A stretch of DNA of 64,000 bases, taken from Octopus sinensis (lineage: Eukaryota). The stretch covers positions 65,844,001 through 65,908,000 of the forward strand of contig NC_043008.1 in the NCBI RefSeq assembly GCF_006345805.1. The letters are read 5' to 3'. The notes beneath the pieces were generated by a model that was given only the letters and a program-made list of their open reading frames with translations, was not told the origin of the DNA and did no database searches. The position numbers and the translations under genes are program-made. Shown piece after piece: positions 50,505 to 64,000 of this stretch; position 1 is the first letter of the stretch, and each line of letters opens with the position of its first letter.

Positions 50505-51425
50505 CACGAGGGGTACCCAACAGAAACTGGAATTTTGCAATATTATTTCATTCACTTAGTTTTACATATTTACACTTTTATCGCCTTCAAAGTAGTCTTC
50601 ATGTGAAGCAATGCATCGGTCCAGACGCGTTTTCCACTGTTCGAATCAGAGCTGGAACTCTTGCGGAGCTGTGCCTTTTAACGCCTCCGTCGTTTTTTTT
50701 CTTCACCTCTTCCACACCTTCAGATTCCGTAGCACCAGATTTCGTTACCAGTGATGACCTTCGAAAAAAAGTTCCGGATCAATTACCAGCTGTTCTTTCA
50801 GTTCACGACACGCATTCAGCCGTGGCTGCTTTTGATCTTCAATGAGCAAGTGAGGCCCAGATTTCTCTGCAACTCTTTCCATTCGCAATTCCTCGCTCAA
50901 AATTCGTTGGCAGGAGCTCCAGAACACAGTAGTCATATCACCAAGCTTGTCAATTGTTCGGTTATGGTACTCCAAGATCAGTTCGTGAATTTCCATAACG
51001 TTTTTTCATTCGTTCGGGAGGTCGAGGACGCGCCCTGAATGAGATTGATCTACTAGCAACAAGTGACCATTCCTAAAGCGTGATAACCAGTCGTTCGTAA
51101 ACATGTTTTGCTCATGGCAGCGTCATTGTAAGCTGATAGAAGTATGACAAATGTTTCGGACATCGTTTTCCCCAGCAGAAAACAGAATTTCGCGGAAGCA
51201 AGCTGTTCCTTCGTTTTAGCCATCGCAAAAATCGATGAACAGGGGAGAAGCACTACAAAGCAAAGATACACCACTTGGCAGTAGGACTACGCTCGATGAC
51301 ACCAGTCAGCCTGCTGATACCTGAGGGTTGCATCAAGGGGCTTCTAGTGGCTTCTAGCGGAAGCCTGAACTACAACGGGCTTGTTCCACAGAGAACGTTT
51401 CCAGTTACTTTTGGGTACCACTTCG
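50505..51425 (-). mobile_element. Mariner (DD34D-type) element with both TIRs and the catalytic domain deleted
   Basis: TIRs acgaggggtacccaacagaaactggaa / ttccagttacttttgggtaccacttcgt with TA flanks; minus fragments KEQLASAKFCFLLGKT, RILSEELRMERVA, VITGNEIWCYG fused directly to the C-terminal QWKTRLDRCIAS..DYFEGDK. Confidence 0.9.
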
Positions 51426-52709
51426 TATGTGTTTGTGTGCGTCTGTGCTTGTGTGTGTGTGTGTGTCTGTGCTTGTGTGTGTGTGTCTGTACCTGTGTGT
51501 GTGTGTAGAAAGATGGTTAACTAATATGTAATTATAGAAGAGTAAATTGAAGAAGAAATTTACTGAAGTTTGCTTCGTTATTGACTAAATCTAAACTTAT
51601 ATAGTCATATTAGCTACGCAACATTACATTTTGTACTCATGCATCATTGTATCTGCCCTTGACCGAGAGTAAAAACGTAGTTACCTGCAGAGGTAATAGC
51701 TATCTGGACTTTTTCCATCCTGTTTTTAATCTGCCTGCTATTATCATCATCATCGACAGCAAATTTTCTCAACTAATACAACACTTCTAGTTTTTTTAGA
51801 AGCCATCCGAGCATGTAAACGAATTATTCCTGCACAACTGTCTTATAAAACATTCTGTTAACCTACCGGAAATCCATTTCTATCTCGTGTAAAAAATACT
51901 CTATATTGAGTACACCCTGTCTACTCCTTTTTTGTGTGCCCAACATGACTCCTTTCCAGATGACAGTGGGATCCTATCCTCTATCTGACTGACTCAAATT
52001 ATCTTTTATAGGTTTCCTTTCAGACCTCTTGGTTCTAGGTTTTACTAGTCTTTTGAATTTCTCTTAAAAATGAGAGCAAAAGCTGAATACTTCAATTTCT
52101 AATATATGCCTAAGTGATAGTGAGCGAGTGAGTGATTGATGAGTGAGTGAGTGAGTGAGTGAGTGAGTGAGTGAGTGAGTGAGTGAGTGAATGAGTGAGC
52201 ATATGTGTGTTTCCGTATGTTTGTAAGCAAACATGTATGGATACATAAATATATCAAATGCATCCTCGTATGAATACTCGCATAGCATACACAGAGACAT
52301 ATATGCATATATGTAAGTAGGTCGTATATATATATGTATATGTAAGTATGTATATGTGTATATATATATATGTACATACATGCATACATATATAATACAT
52401 ACATGCATATATATATACACATATATATATATGTATGTATATATATGTTTGTGTATTCATAAACACACTCACTCACATAGGAGAGAAAGACAGACAGATA
52501 GCGAAAAAGATCCAAGTATATATGATACAGAGACATTAATATGAATATATGAATATATTTTATATATGTATACATAAGCACGCACATATATGTGTATTTA
52601 TGTATATATATTTGTATATGCATGTATGCATATTGTATATATATATATAAATATGTGTGTGTGATCATGTGTGTGCGTGTGTGTGTTAATATATATATAT
52701 ATATATATC

Positions 52710-55344
<2,635 letters not shown>

Positions 55345-55348
<4 letters not shown>

Positions 55349-56330
55349 CTACTCAATCCGGAAATGATGATGTTCTCCAATTGGTCAAAAGGTACTTGTC
55401 TATATATATGTATTTGCTGAAAATTTCAGATCTGGAATTCAACTGTGTGGTGGAATTCTAAAATGTAAACATTCAGCTACGCATAACTTGCACTTTTTTC
55501 ATCCATTAACATATGGCATGGATTTTTGTACGATTTCACATGACTGTGTGTGGTGTGGAGCTGGTATTCAAATCCCATACGTAGCTAGTCCACTTAGTAG
55601 CTTTATTTTTGTCCGTGTACCGAAAAGATAGTGGTTAGCAGCGCATCTTTTGAAATAGTCTATTCACCCCATGTAATTCTTCTTTTCGGTTATGGTATCT
55701 TGAAGCCTTGCTGTGAATTCTGCTTCATATTCCACGGTATTTATTATGTATGTCTGGTCAAGTCGGCAAGTTCCTGCGTCTCGATAGTTACAACTGGGAG
55801 TGGACTCTTAGTGGTCTTTATACGGATAATGATGCTCTTCGTATTGGGGCAGCAGGTATATGAGAATTTAATTGAGCATCTGTTAAAAATCTTTCTACAT
55901 TTGTGATTATCTGGAAAACGCTTATCTAAGAGAGCCAGGGATCTCTTACCTACGTACTCTTTAACATTTAGGGAGAAGGAGAGATGCAAATGAAATTATT
56001 TCATAGATTTATTCTTATGTCTATTTGTAAGGTCCATATTTTTACTCGAAGGGTTGTAGTATATCTTGTCTTTGAAGCCAGTGTTAGCCAGGGTATTGTT
56101 TTAGTATGGGTTTGCCTTGGGAAAAATTTCTTTAGAAGAAGAGCGATTGGATATCCTACTATTAATGTAAGATATCAGGTTTTTTCAGTTTCTTTCATCC
56201 TTCCACTTCTCGCATCTTCCTTCCTTTCGTTCTTTTTCTCACGTTTCTTTTGTTCTGTTGTCTTGGTTTGTGACTTATATAGCGCATGTGTACAGAGCCC
56301 ATAGATTGCTTGGAGACACTATGCATGTTT
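55345..56330 (-). mobile_element. Penelope-like element remnant: RT C-terminus/linker and GIY-YIG endonuclease to the stop codon
   Basis: Minus fragments INSRISNRSSSKEIF, FSLNVKEYVGKRSLALLDKRFPDNHKCRKIFNRCSIKFSYTCCPNTKSII, VEYEA..KNYMG..FKRCAANH, TKWTSYVWDL, KKCKLCVAE..LNSRSEIFSK. Confidence 0.85.
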
Positions 56331-56484
56331 GTAAAACCTGGTTAGAAAACATCTCCAGTGTATGAAACTATAGTAGCTCATACCTATATACTCTGTACAT
56401 TAAGCAATATTTGTCTTTTATCAGACAGAGTACTTTTGTTTGTTGATCTTATCGTAACGGAAAAGTAAACTACATATATATATA

Positions 56485-56517
<33 letters not shown>

Positions 56518-57069
56518 AGAATTAACATATAAATGAAAGAACCATTATTTTCCTATGCTATGTCACTGTACCACCAGAAGTAATTAAGAGGACCCTTTAA
56601 GGGAGAATCATTTGTCAACTCGGCCAATGAACTTCAGGGTGTTTACTTCCTGACCCGACAACATCTGAATTCATTGAAGAAGTGCCTGCTATGGCTAAGG
56701 TCATAGCAGTGACCTAAACTATCCATCCCAACATCTATACGCAGAAATGTCAAAACGAGTTTAGCCTCACCATACACTCTTCCCTCTCCTTTATTATCAC
56801 CATTTCTTTCTCTCTTTCCATCATCTTCTCTTCTTTCTTAAGAAATACACACACAACTGCCCACATACCCCAATCAACCTTTCCATTGGTGAAAATTGAT
56901 CAACGTCATTTAGCTATACATTCGTTGCTTAAACTATGAGCCACTCGATGTCCATAGATACTACGGACTGTGCTGCAATCATAACAAGAATACGCAATAT
57001 GATCATAAGAAACATGTGATTTGTGGAAATGCGCGTAGCGAGGCATTAAAATATTTATAAATATCATCC

Positions 57070-57073
57070 ATAG

Positions 57074-57135
<62 letters not shown>

Positions 57136-57147
57136 TACTACTACTAC

Positions 57148-57180
<33 letters not shown>
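57070..57180. repeat. (ATT)n(ACT)n(ATT)n tract
   Basis: Directly visible. Confidence 0.95.
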
Positions 57181-57184
<4 letters not shown>

Positions 57185-57714
57185 GTATGTATGTATGTAT
57201 GCATGTATGAATATATGTATATAATCTGCTTGTTCGTTGAGGAGGTGGAGGGAGTGAAAGATGGAGTAAGAATGAGAGAAGGGAGGAGTGAAGAAAGAAG
57301 GGGAGAAGATGTAGAGAAAGTTGATGAATATCAATACACTTAGGCTTAATGGTCACATGATCAGCTGAAAGTAGAGGCGAAGAACGAGAGAAAAAGACGA
57401 CTAGAGAAAAAGAGGCAGAGAGAAGTGTTAACGACATGCGGTGGGGTGGGAATGAATACTTATTACGTGGTGAAAAAGTTAGCTGAAGGGGAAGGTAGAT
57501 AAAGAAAGATGGACAAGGGAGGCAGTTATATTGAGAGGGAGAGAGAGAGGGGTAGCTGTATCATTGTCAATAGTATGTGCTTTGGATGTGGGTGTGTGTA
57601 TTTGTGGTGTAAGTCCCTGTGTATATCTTTAGAGCTTCGTTGGCAGAGCCCCTACAACACTCTTCTCCAGAGAAGGACCACAATCTCCAACAGTTTCACA
57701 TATTTGTGTGTCTG

Positions 57715-57915
57715 TGTTTGTCCCCCTAGCATTGCTTGACAACCAATGCTGGTGTGTTCATGTCTCCGTCACTTAGCGGTTCGGCAAAACAGACTGATAG
57801 AATAAGTACTGGGCTTACAAAGAATAAGTCCCGGGGTCGAGTTGCTCGACTAAAGGCGGTGCTCCAGCATGGCCTCAGTCAACTGACTGAAACAAGTAAA
57901 ATAGTAAAAAGAGTA
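57715..57915 (+). mobile_element. SINE family A, 3' half
   Basis: tttgtccccctagcattgcttgacaacc...gtgctccagcatggcc..gactgaaacaagtaaaatagtaaaaagagt. Confidence 0.9.
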
Positions 57916-58603
57916 AAGAGTTACCGTCTGAATTGAGACTAAGAACCTGTCTTGCAGTTTTTGAATTAATTTCAGCGTGCAGACGCAGTCAAAATGTGTA
58001 TTGAGTCCCCTCGTGTTGATAGCGATTTCATAATGTCCGTTGCAGCTGTCTTACAGCCTTTGAAGTGTTAACAGAACCTTGAGCGGCAGTCATGACGGCA
58101 TTTTGATACCTGGCACAAATCATTATTATGCAGGTCATCCTTTTTTCGGTAATCGGATAACTTCTAGTCCTGCATATCAGCTAAGGTTTTCTCAACTACA
58201 ACATTAATATTTATGCTCTCCAACGCTGTTGACTATTCACCAAAGTATCAAACTCTTCCTGAGACAAGAGAAGACATAAAATTTAACAAATTTAAGTTCA
58301 ACACCCTTTAAATATGTGTGTGTGTGTTTCTGTGCGTGTGTGTGTTTCTGTGTGTGCGTTTCTGTTTTTGTGTGTGTGTGTGTGCGTGCGCCTGTGTGGT
58401 GTGTGTGTGTATAATATCCATGTAAGTAAATAAAACATAAAACATACAAACAGATACATAAGTGTCTGTTTGCATGTTTCATATTTTATTTACTTCAAGC
58501 GTGCAATTTCATATGATTACCAAAGCTTGCATTTTTGCGACAATGTATGAATTTTCGAATTCCTGTGAATTTGCCATTTAATTAGGGGGGCGTGGGTGGA
58601 TGC

Positions 58604-58639
<36 letters not shown>

Positions 58640-60004
58640 CGTGTGTAAATGGTTGTGCTTTGTTGATGGATTTGCCTATGTGTAAATATGAGTGTGTTTT
58701 GTTTGAGAATATCTTGTTGCTGGGCAAGTGGTTGCTATATGTGCTTAGTAAATATACCGTTTCTGTAAAACGTAACTATGTTTGGGATTATATTTCATCT
58801 ATTTCTTTTTTTTTTTTTTTTTTTGGTGGTGGGGTTTGTTTTGGTATTTGTAGCTTGTGTAACTACTTGTTATAAAATGTTTAATGTGAATTCCTGTGCC
58901 CGCTTCAACATTTCATTCTAGGGATCGAAAATATTTGGGTGAATTTGTAGTTTGAGTAATTTGGAGTTAAGTTTTATTCCAGATGGAAACCAGTGTATCT
59001 ATAGACACCAAAGAATGGACGCATCTCACATCATTTGTTTATGCTGCAATCAATCGATGAGAGAAACATATACCCCTGGAAAGTCATGGACACAAAACTA
59101 TTACAAATAAAAGTACTTTCGACTGAAATTAAATTTGGTATCGCAAGCTAGTTTATTGTTAATCTATTCAATACAGTCGAGGTCACCGAGAACAGTTTGA
59201 CCGGGTGGGATCAAATATGGTTTTGGACCGTAGGACGACGAACAGCCCTGAAACCATGCACTGATTGAACTCCGAACTTCTTTAAAGACCCTTTTTTTAT
59301 TTTAGGGAATTATATATGGTGCGGAAAGAAAACTTCCAGGTTCATCATTCTTGATAAACGTCTCAACAGCAGACGCACGGTGTGCACCGGTCCGAACCAT
59401 GATGGTAACGGAAAAAGAAACAGTAAAACATTACCTGTATGAAGACACTGTTTGCACCTGCCTAAGTTCACTGCCAGGATAAAAAAAAAACCAATGGGAG
59501 ATTTTTCTGTCACACATTGTACCATCAGGATGTATTTTTACGACTTCATAATCTTTAAGATTTAGAGTTAAGTGTTTTAATAGAGGACGGAGCAAAATTG
59601 CAAGCCCAAATAATACACAACACACCTGATTATAAGCAGGGTTTATCGTATTTTGGAGAGGGGTACATAATGGTCGCTATCAAAGACATACGTGACGAAA
59701 CCAATCGCTAGTTAGTACTCCTCTTCTTGGGTTGTGAGAGCAGATGAAACATTAGGTAATATGCAGTCGGGTCAAATTACCATAGACATTCAAGTCCTCA
59801 TGACACCACAAGACCGCAGAACAATACCACAACTGTGTCCTGTACAGTTTCAACATCCAAAGCAGACAACCCAGTTGCTACGAACATAAGAGCAAAACCC
59901 ATTTAAGGACTATCTGCACAGAAAATATTAAAAAGATAAAGCAGTCAGAGCGAATCCTGGAGGCCGTTGGTCTTAAGGGAATACTCTAACTTAATGCTAA
60001 ATTT

Positions 60005-60076
<72 letters not shown>

Positions 60077-60106
60077 CATACATACATACATACATACATA
60101 CATACA

Positions 60107-60138
<32 letters not shown>

Positions 60139-60189
60139 CATCGATAGTCAGCCATATATATATATATATGTAAACATATATATTTTTTT

Positions 60190-61780
60190 TATGAGAGGCT
60201 GATACTTTTCTGCAACATCACTCTTCAAAATTCAACTCCAGTATTCTTCATTCTCTTGAACACTGTTTCTAGAACTTTTGACAACTAGGGAAGTTTTTCA
60301 ACCGCATGTCTTAGTTTACTCTCAGATCTCTCCATTTCTTTTGCTTCCACTTTTCCGCCATATGGCACAACAAGCATAATCTTTGATCTTTGATATATTT
60401 ATTTCACTCAGTCATGATCATCTTTGGTTTTTATTTCTTTATCAAATGCTTAGTTTGTTCCAAGTAGCCTCACACATTCTTACAATAGCGATTCTTTTTA
60501 TTCATCTATTTTTTTTTTTCGCTAATAATAAACTTTTGCCTGGTCATCATACAATTTTTCATCTCCTTTAAATTCCGGTTTCCAGCTGATCTGACAACGT
60601 ATCTTTTTTCTATACTCCCTGTCCTCTCATATTTTTCTTTTATATTGCTGCTGTTCAATCTTGCTGCGTTTACACATTAAATGATTCACACCTTCATTTG
60701 TTTTGACACACATCCAACACTTCACTACCTTGCGGACTTCAATCTTTTTTGTTTTTTCCATGCGTGTGTGTGTGTCTTAAGATTTGTTCTTATTTCTTCT
60801 TTTACAACCATGATAACGATTTATATTTTCTCTCTTTACACCCCCATTTTTCAACGCATCTCTTTGTTCTTCTAATTTATCTTATGTTTGCCTGACAAAC
60901 TAACAGCCAACGTTTATTCTTTTCTACATTCAATAGTTTTTATTTCTTTACTTTCTTCTTGTAATCTTCTACTTCTAGGTATTTCGCCATTGTTGTAACG
61001 GACAGCACATATACAGTTCTCCTTACTTTTCCCATCAAACTTCCTTAATCCTGTTATTACAAAATATATTGGGTCCCTTATACTGAGCAGCCGCCTGCTT
61101 CGCTCTTTTCTTAGTATATACAAACAAGCGTTACTTTTGCTGAGGAAAGCCATTATGCATTCCTAATAGTTTTCTGGTGTGTATATCTCTCTCATCAAGT
61201 TCGATTTTTGTTCACCGAAGAAAAGCTACAGAATATTTCAATATTGGTATTTCCAACGTATTGATCCTTTTATTAATGTCCCTTCCATTTCGTTTCGTTT
61301 CTAAGATCTTCCTCACCTTCTTTGATATCCCTCGCCAGCGTCATCTTCCATTTCTCTGTTTCACTCCATCATCCAGCAGAACACCTGTAGATCTATATCC
61401 CTTGCACACATCACATTTAGTGATCTTAATTCTTTTGTTGTCTAGAAAATGAATTTCTTCAGCAGACATTAGGTTTGTCAATACCTAAACTGCATTCTAA
61501 TAGTTCTGTCGAAATTTCTAACGGATTATATCAAATAATCTAAATCCGTTCACCTTTGGAGTAAAGTCCGAGATCATCTGTGAACATTAGATAGTTTATT
61601 CTCTTACAATGTTGTAGGAACTTTGGTTTTAGCTTTCATAATATCTAAGACAAGAGGATCAAAGATGTAACTAACAGAAGAATAGATAAAGATTTTCCTT
61701 CAAAAATAGCTACTTTCACCGTAATCACTTTGGTGTTCTTAACTGCAAAGGAGCTTATGGACACAAGACCTCGTAATCGT
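60190..61780 (-). mobile_element. R4/Dong-clade LINE remnant (RT 3' part, CCHC knuckle, RLE), decayed
   Basis: Minus fragments in order: INYLMFTDDLGLYSK, YRSTGVLLDDGVK, KKVRKILETKRNG.DINKRINTLEIPILKYS...TRKLLGMH, KCWMCVKTNEGVNHLMCKRSK, VPYGGKVEAKEME, LETVFKRMKNTGVE..MLQKS. Confidence 0.8.
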
Positions 61781-61942
61781 CGTAATAATGTTTGGTATTT
61801 CAATATAGATGTCATGAAATGTTAGGCACGCTAGATTCAGAAATTTTAAATTAAATCGGTTTTGTGTCTAAATCTTGAGTGTCTATGTGCGTCTATGGGT
61901 GTGTTTATAAGTGTGTGTGTGTGTGTGTGTGTGTGTGTAGCC

Positions 61943-61974
<32 letters not shown>

Positions 61975-63516
61975 TGACAGACATACTGACAGACAGACAG
62001 ACAGACAGGCAGATAGATTGATTGATTGATTGATGTATTACATGTTGAAGACAACATTTTTCTCTTCAAAGATTAACAAGCATGTTAACAAGCATTGAGT
62101 AATGCTCTAATTTAATGCTAAATTGTAAGCATATATATATATATATACACTACTACTACTAATATAGGATAAAATCTTTTTCAGATAAAAAATGTCATCA
62201 AAAGCATATTAAAATACATTTAAAGGTTAAAATTATAGACACGTGTACATATACATATACAGGAATTAGTGAACAAACTAGCAAGTTAACCGTGGCACTT
62301 CTAAAGCTATCTTTAACGTGCTAGCAGTAGCAGTCAATTGATCTAAAATTCATACCTTGTTTTATATAAGGAAGAATAGAATGGATAGTGTACTTTCTTT
62401 GATATAAAAAAAACAAGGTGTGGCGGCTAGAATTTGCTTTCATCCATAACTTCATTCGTTTAGGATTGACATAGAGCTAAGCTGCAACAACTACAATAAT
62501 AAACATCCCAGAAATATATGTTGCTCTACGTCTACCTTAATATTTACAATAAAGACATTTCTGTCTTATACCATTGTTTAATATAGTATGGTCTGGAAGC
62601 AGAGACTGTACCTACAGCCTTCAAAGGTCAACGAAGTCAACGCAGTTAATGTTCTTTTTTAACAGTTGCAGGTAAACATGGAGAAGGACACTTCAGAATT
62701 ATGACATTTAGGGAGAAAAGCAAAAAGCGTTTAAACCAGTATCTGAGGGTGAATACAATATAGATGGCAAAAGGAAGGGACACGATAGGATCGAGAATGT
62801 ATGTGTGGAAAAAGAACAAGAGCAAGCAGCTCTGAGAAGAGACTAGTGAACATGCTACGCTCTCATGAGAAGAAACCCACAAAATTGAAATTCTAAATGA
62901 GCTGTCGGGATTCTTTACATTTTAACATTATTGAATACATGAATTTGCAATGTCAATGTCTGGTGGTTTTTGTAACAGCCTTAAAATTTCTTGCATATGT
63001 ATTGTGCATTCAAATGACGATAATTCTTCAAGAACCGCTAGTAATAGATTTTTGCAATGACGTTGCTGATGTATGAAGAAAGCACATTCAGATTTTCGAT
63101 TTTGCTTTCTTCTCGGGAGAACATATTATTTGAAGCTACAAGAATTATTAACGACTGGCGTAATAGAGTTATATATATATATATATAATCTTTGTCTGTT
63201 CTTACTTAACACTTTCTATCCTCAGCTCTATATTCCAGTTAAGTCAGTTCAGATAGCTGACCATTGCTATTTTGTCCTACTACCGTATAAAACACGTCCC
63301 TTTCTTAAAATTCTTAAATACAGTTCAACTGTTCATACAATTTCCTTCCATTTTTTCCCTAGATATTCTAATTTTGTTTTTAACACTGATGCACAGTATC
63401 AAATAACTTTGTATCTTTGTCATCATTCTTATTTTATTATTTTTCAATAATGTTATTTTTAATTTAATATCATCATCATCATCATCACGATTATTATCAT
63501 TATTATCATTATCACC

Positions 63517-63588
63517 GTTACGTTCTGAGTTCAAATTCCACCGAAGTCGACTTTACCTTTCATCCATTCGGGTTCGATAAATTAAGTA
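63517..63588 (+). mobile_element. SINE family B fragment, cut off at ...aattaagta
   Basis: ttacgttctgagttcaaattccaccgaagtcgacttt..cttt catcc..gataaattaagta; the consensus would continue ccagtt. Confidence 0.85.
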
Positions 63589-63998
63589 TGTAGTGATGCT
63601 ACTGTGTAGGGTTCAGCGCGCATGCGCAGAATGGGACTACTTCCGGGTGGCCACCGGAAGTCTTTCCCCATGCGCATGAGCGGGAAACTGATCCCTAAGG
63701 CCCACTAGACTCCTTCATTCTCTCTGGCCGTTCAGACATCGTGAACAGACGTGCATTGGTAGTCTCTGATAACCACACCGACTTAGCCGCGGACGACATC
63801 GAACCACTTCAACCAACGAACAAGAAGCTGTCGTTTTCCCATCAGATATACGTACACCATCGCAATTAATAAACAATTAATAAACAAACTGCTGTCTTTC
63901 ACCGATACCCTGACTTCGTCTGTTATATCTAACTAAATTGCATGTGACGGGATCGGATCGACACCCTTTCAGTGATACCGATACCAGATCCTGTTACA
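63589..63998 (+). mobile_element. Probable solo LTR (410 bp) inserted in a SINE
   Basis: Begins TGTAG exactly where the SINE stops, ends TTACA; left flank AGTA and right flank AG.. fit a 4-bp TSD; tandem AATAAA at 63868 and 63879. Confidence 0.6.
63616..63687. promoter_or_regulatory. Cluster of NRF1-like and ETS-like motifs
   Basis: GCGCATGCGC (63618-27), inverted ACTTCCGG/CCGGAAGT (63639-46/63654-61), CATGCGCATG (63669-78). Confidence 0.5.
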
Positions 63999-64000
63999 AG

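Noticed and set aside
55480-55490. In-frame TGA near the CxxC of the PLE endonuclease as possible selenocysteine
   Set aside because: It lies three codons before the Cys, not at a Cys position, in a copy with many other lesions; ordinary decay
63050-63125. Short mariner 5'-like remnant (FCFLLGRT)
   Set aside because: Under 80 nt of weak similarity with no TIR; not supportable

Overview
AT-rich, microsatellite-dense animal genomic DNA, intergenic or deep-intronic. The SINE families and repeat landscape suggest a coleoid cephalopod, probably an octopus (inference from recall, no database search). No host protein-coding gene can be supported. Almost all ORFs in the track are translations of (TA)n, (CA)n, (GATA)n or trinucleotide tracts, and only a few weak exon candidates remain. 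The window is a stack of mobile elements. It has tRNA-headed SINE families A-D, with family B recurring as dimers or longer arrays. It has decayed LINE pieces: a CR1/L2-type 3' end sharing its tail with SINE A, an R4/Dong-type RT-CCHC-RLE stretch, and a HERO/NeSL-like RLE C-terminus. It also has a Penelope-like (PLE) GIY-YIG remnant, mariner, maT (DD37D) and Tigger/pogo remnants, a probable solo LTR at the right edge and a ~1.2-1.3 kb tandem duplication. The most striking signal is RNA structure: at least five type I hammerhead-ribozyme folds in several unrelated repeat families, plus decayed candidates. They include two different hammerheads on the same strand whose cut sites would be 490 nt apart (42727-43308), and a tRNA-headed element whose tail family carries a hammerhead (34770-35158). 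A near-perfect 57-bp-stem hairpin lies at 29013-29131. No CRISPR, rRNA or intact tRNA genes were seen. Coordinates were counted by hand, and element boundaries are approximate.
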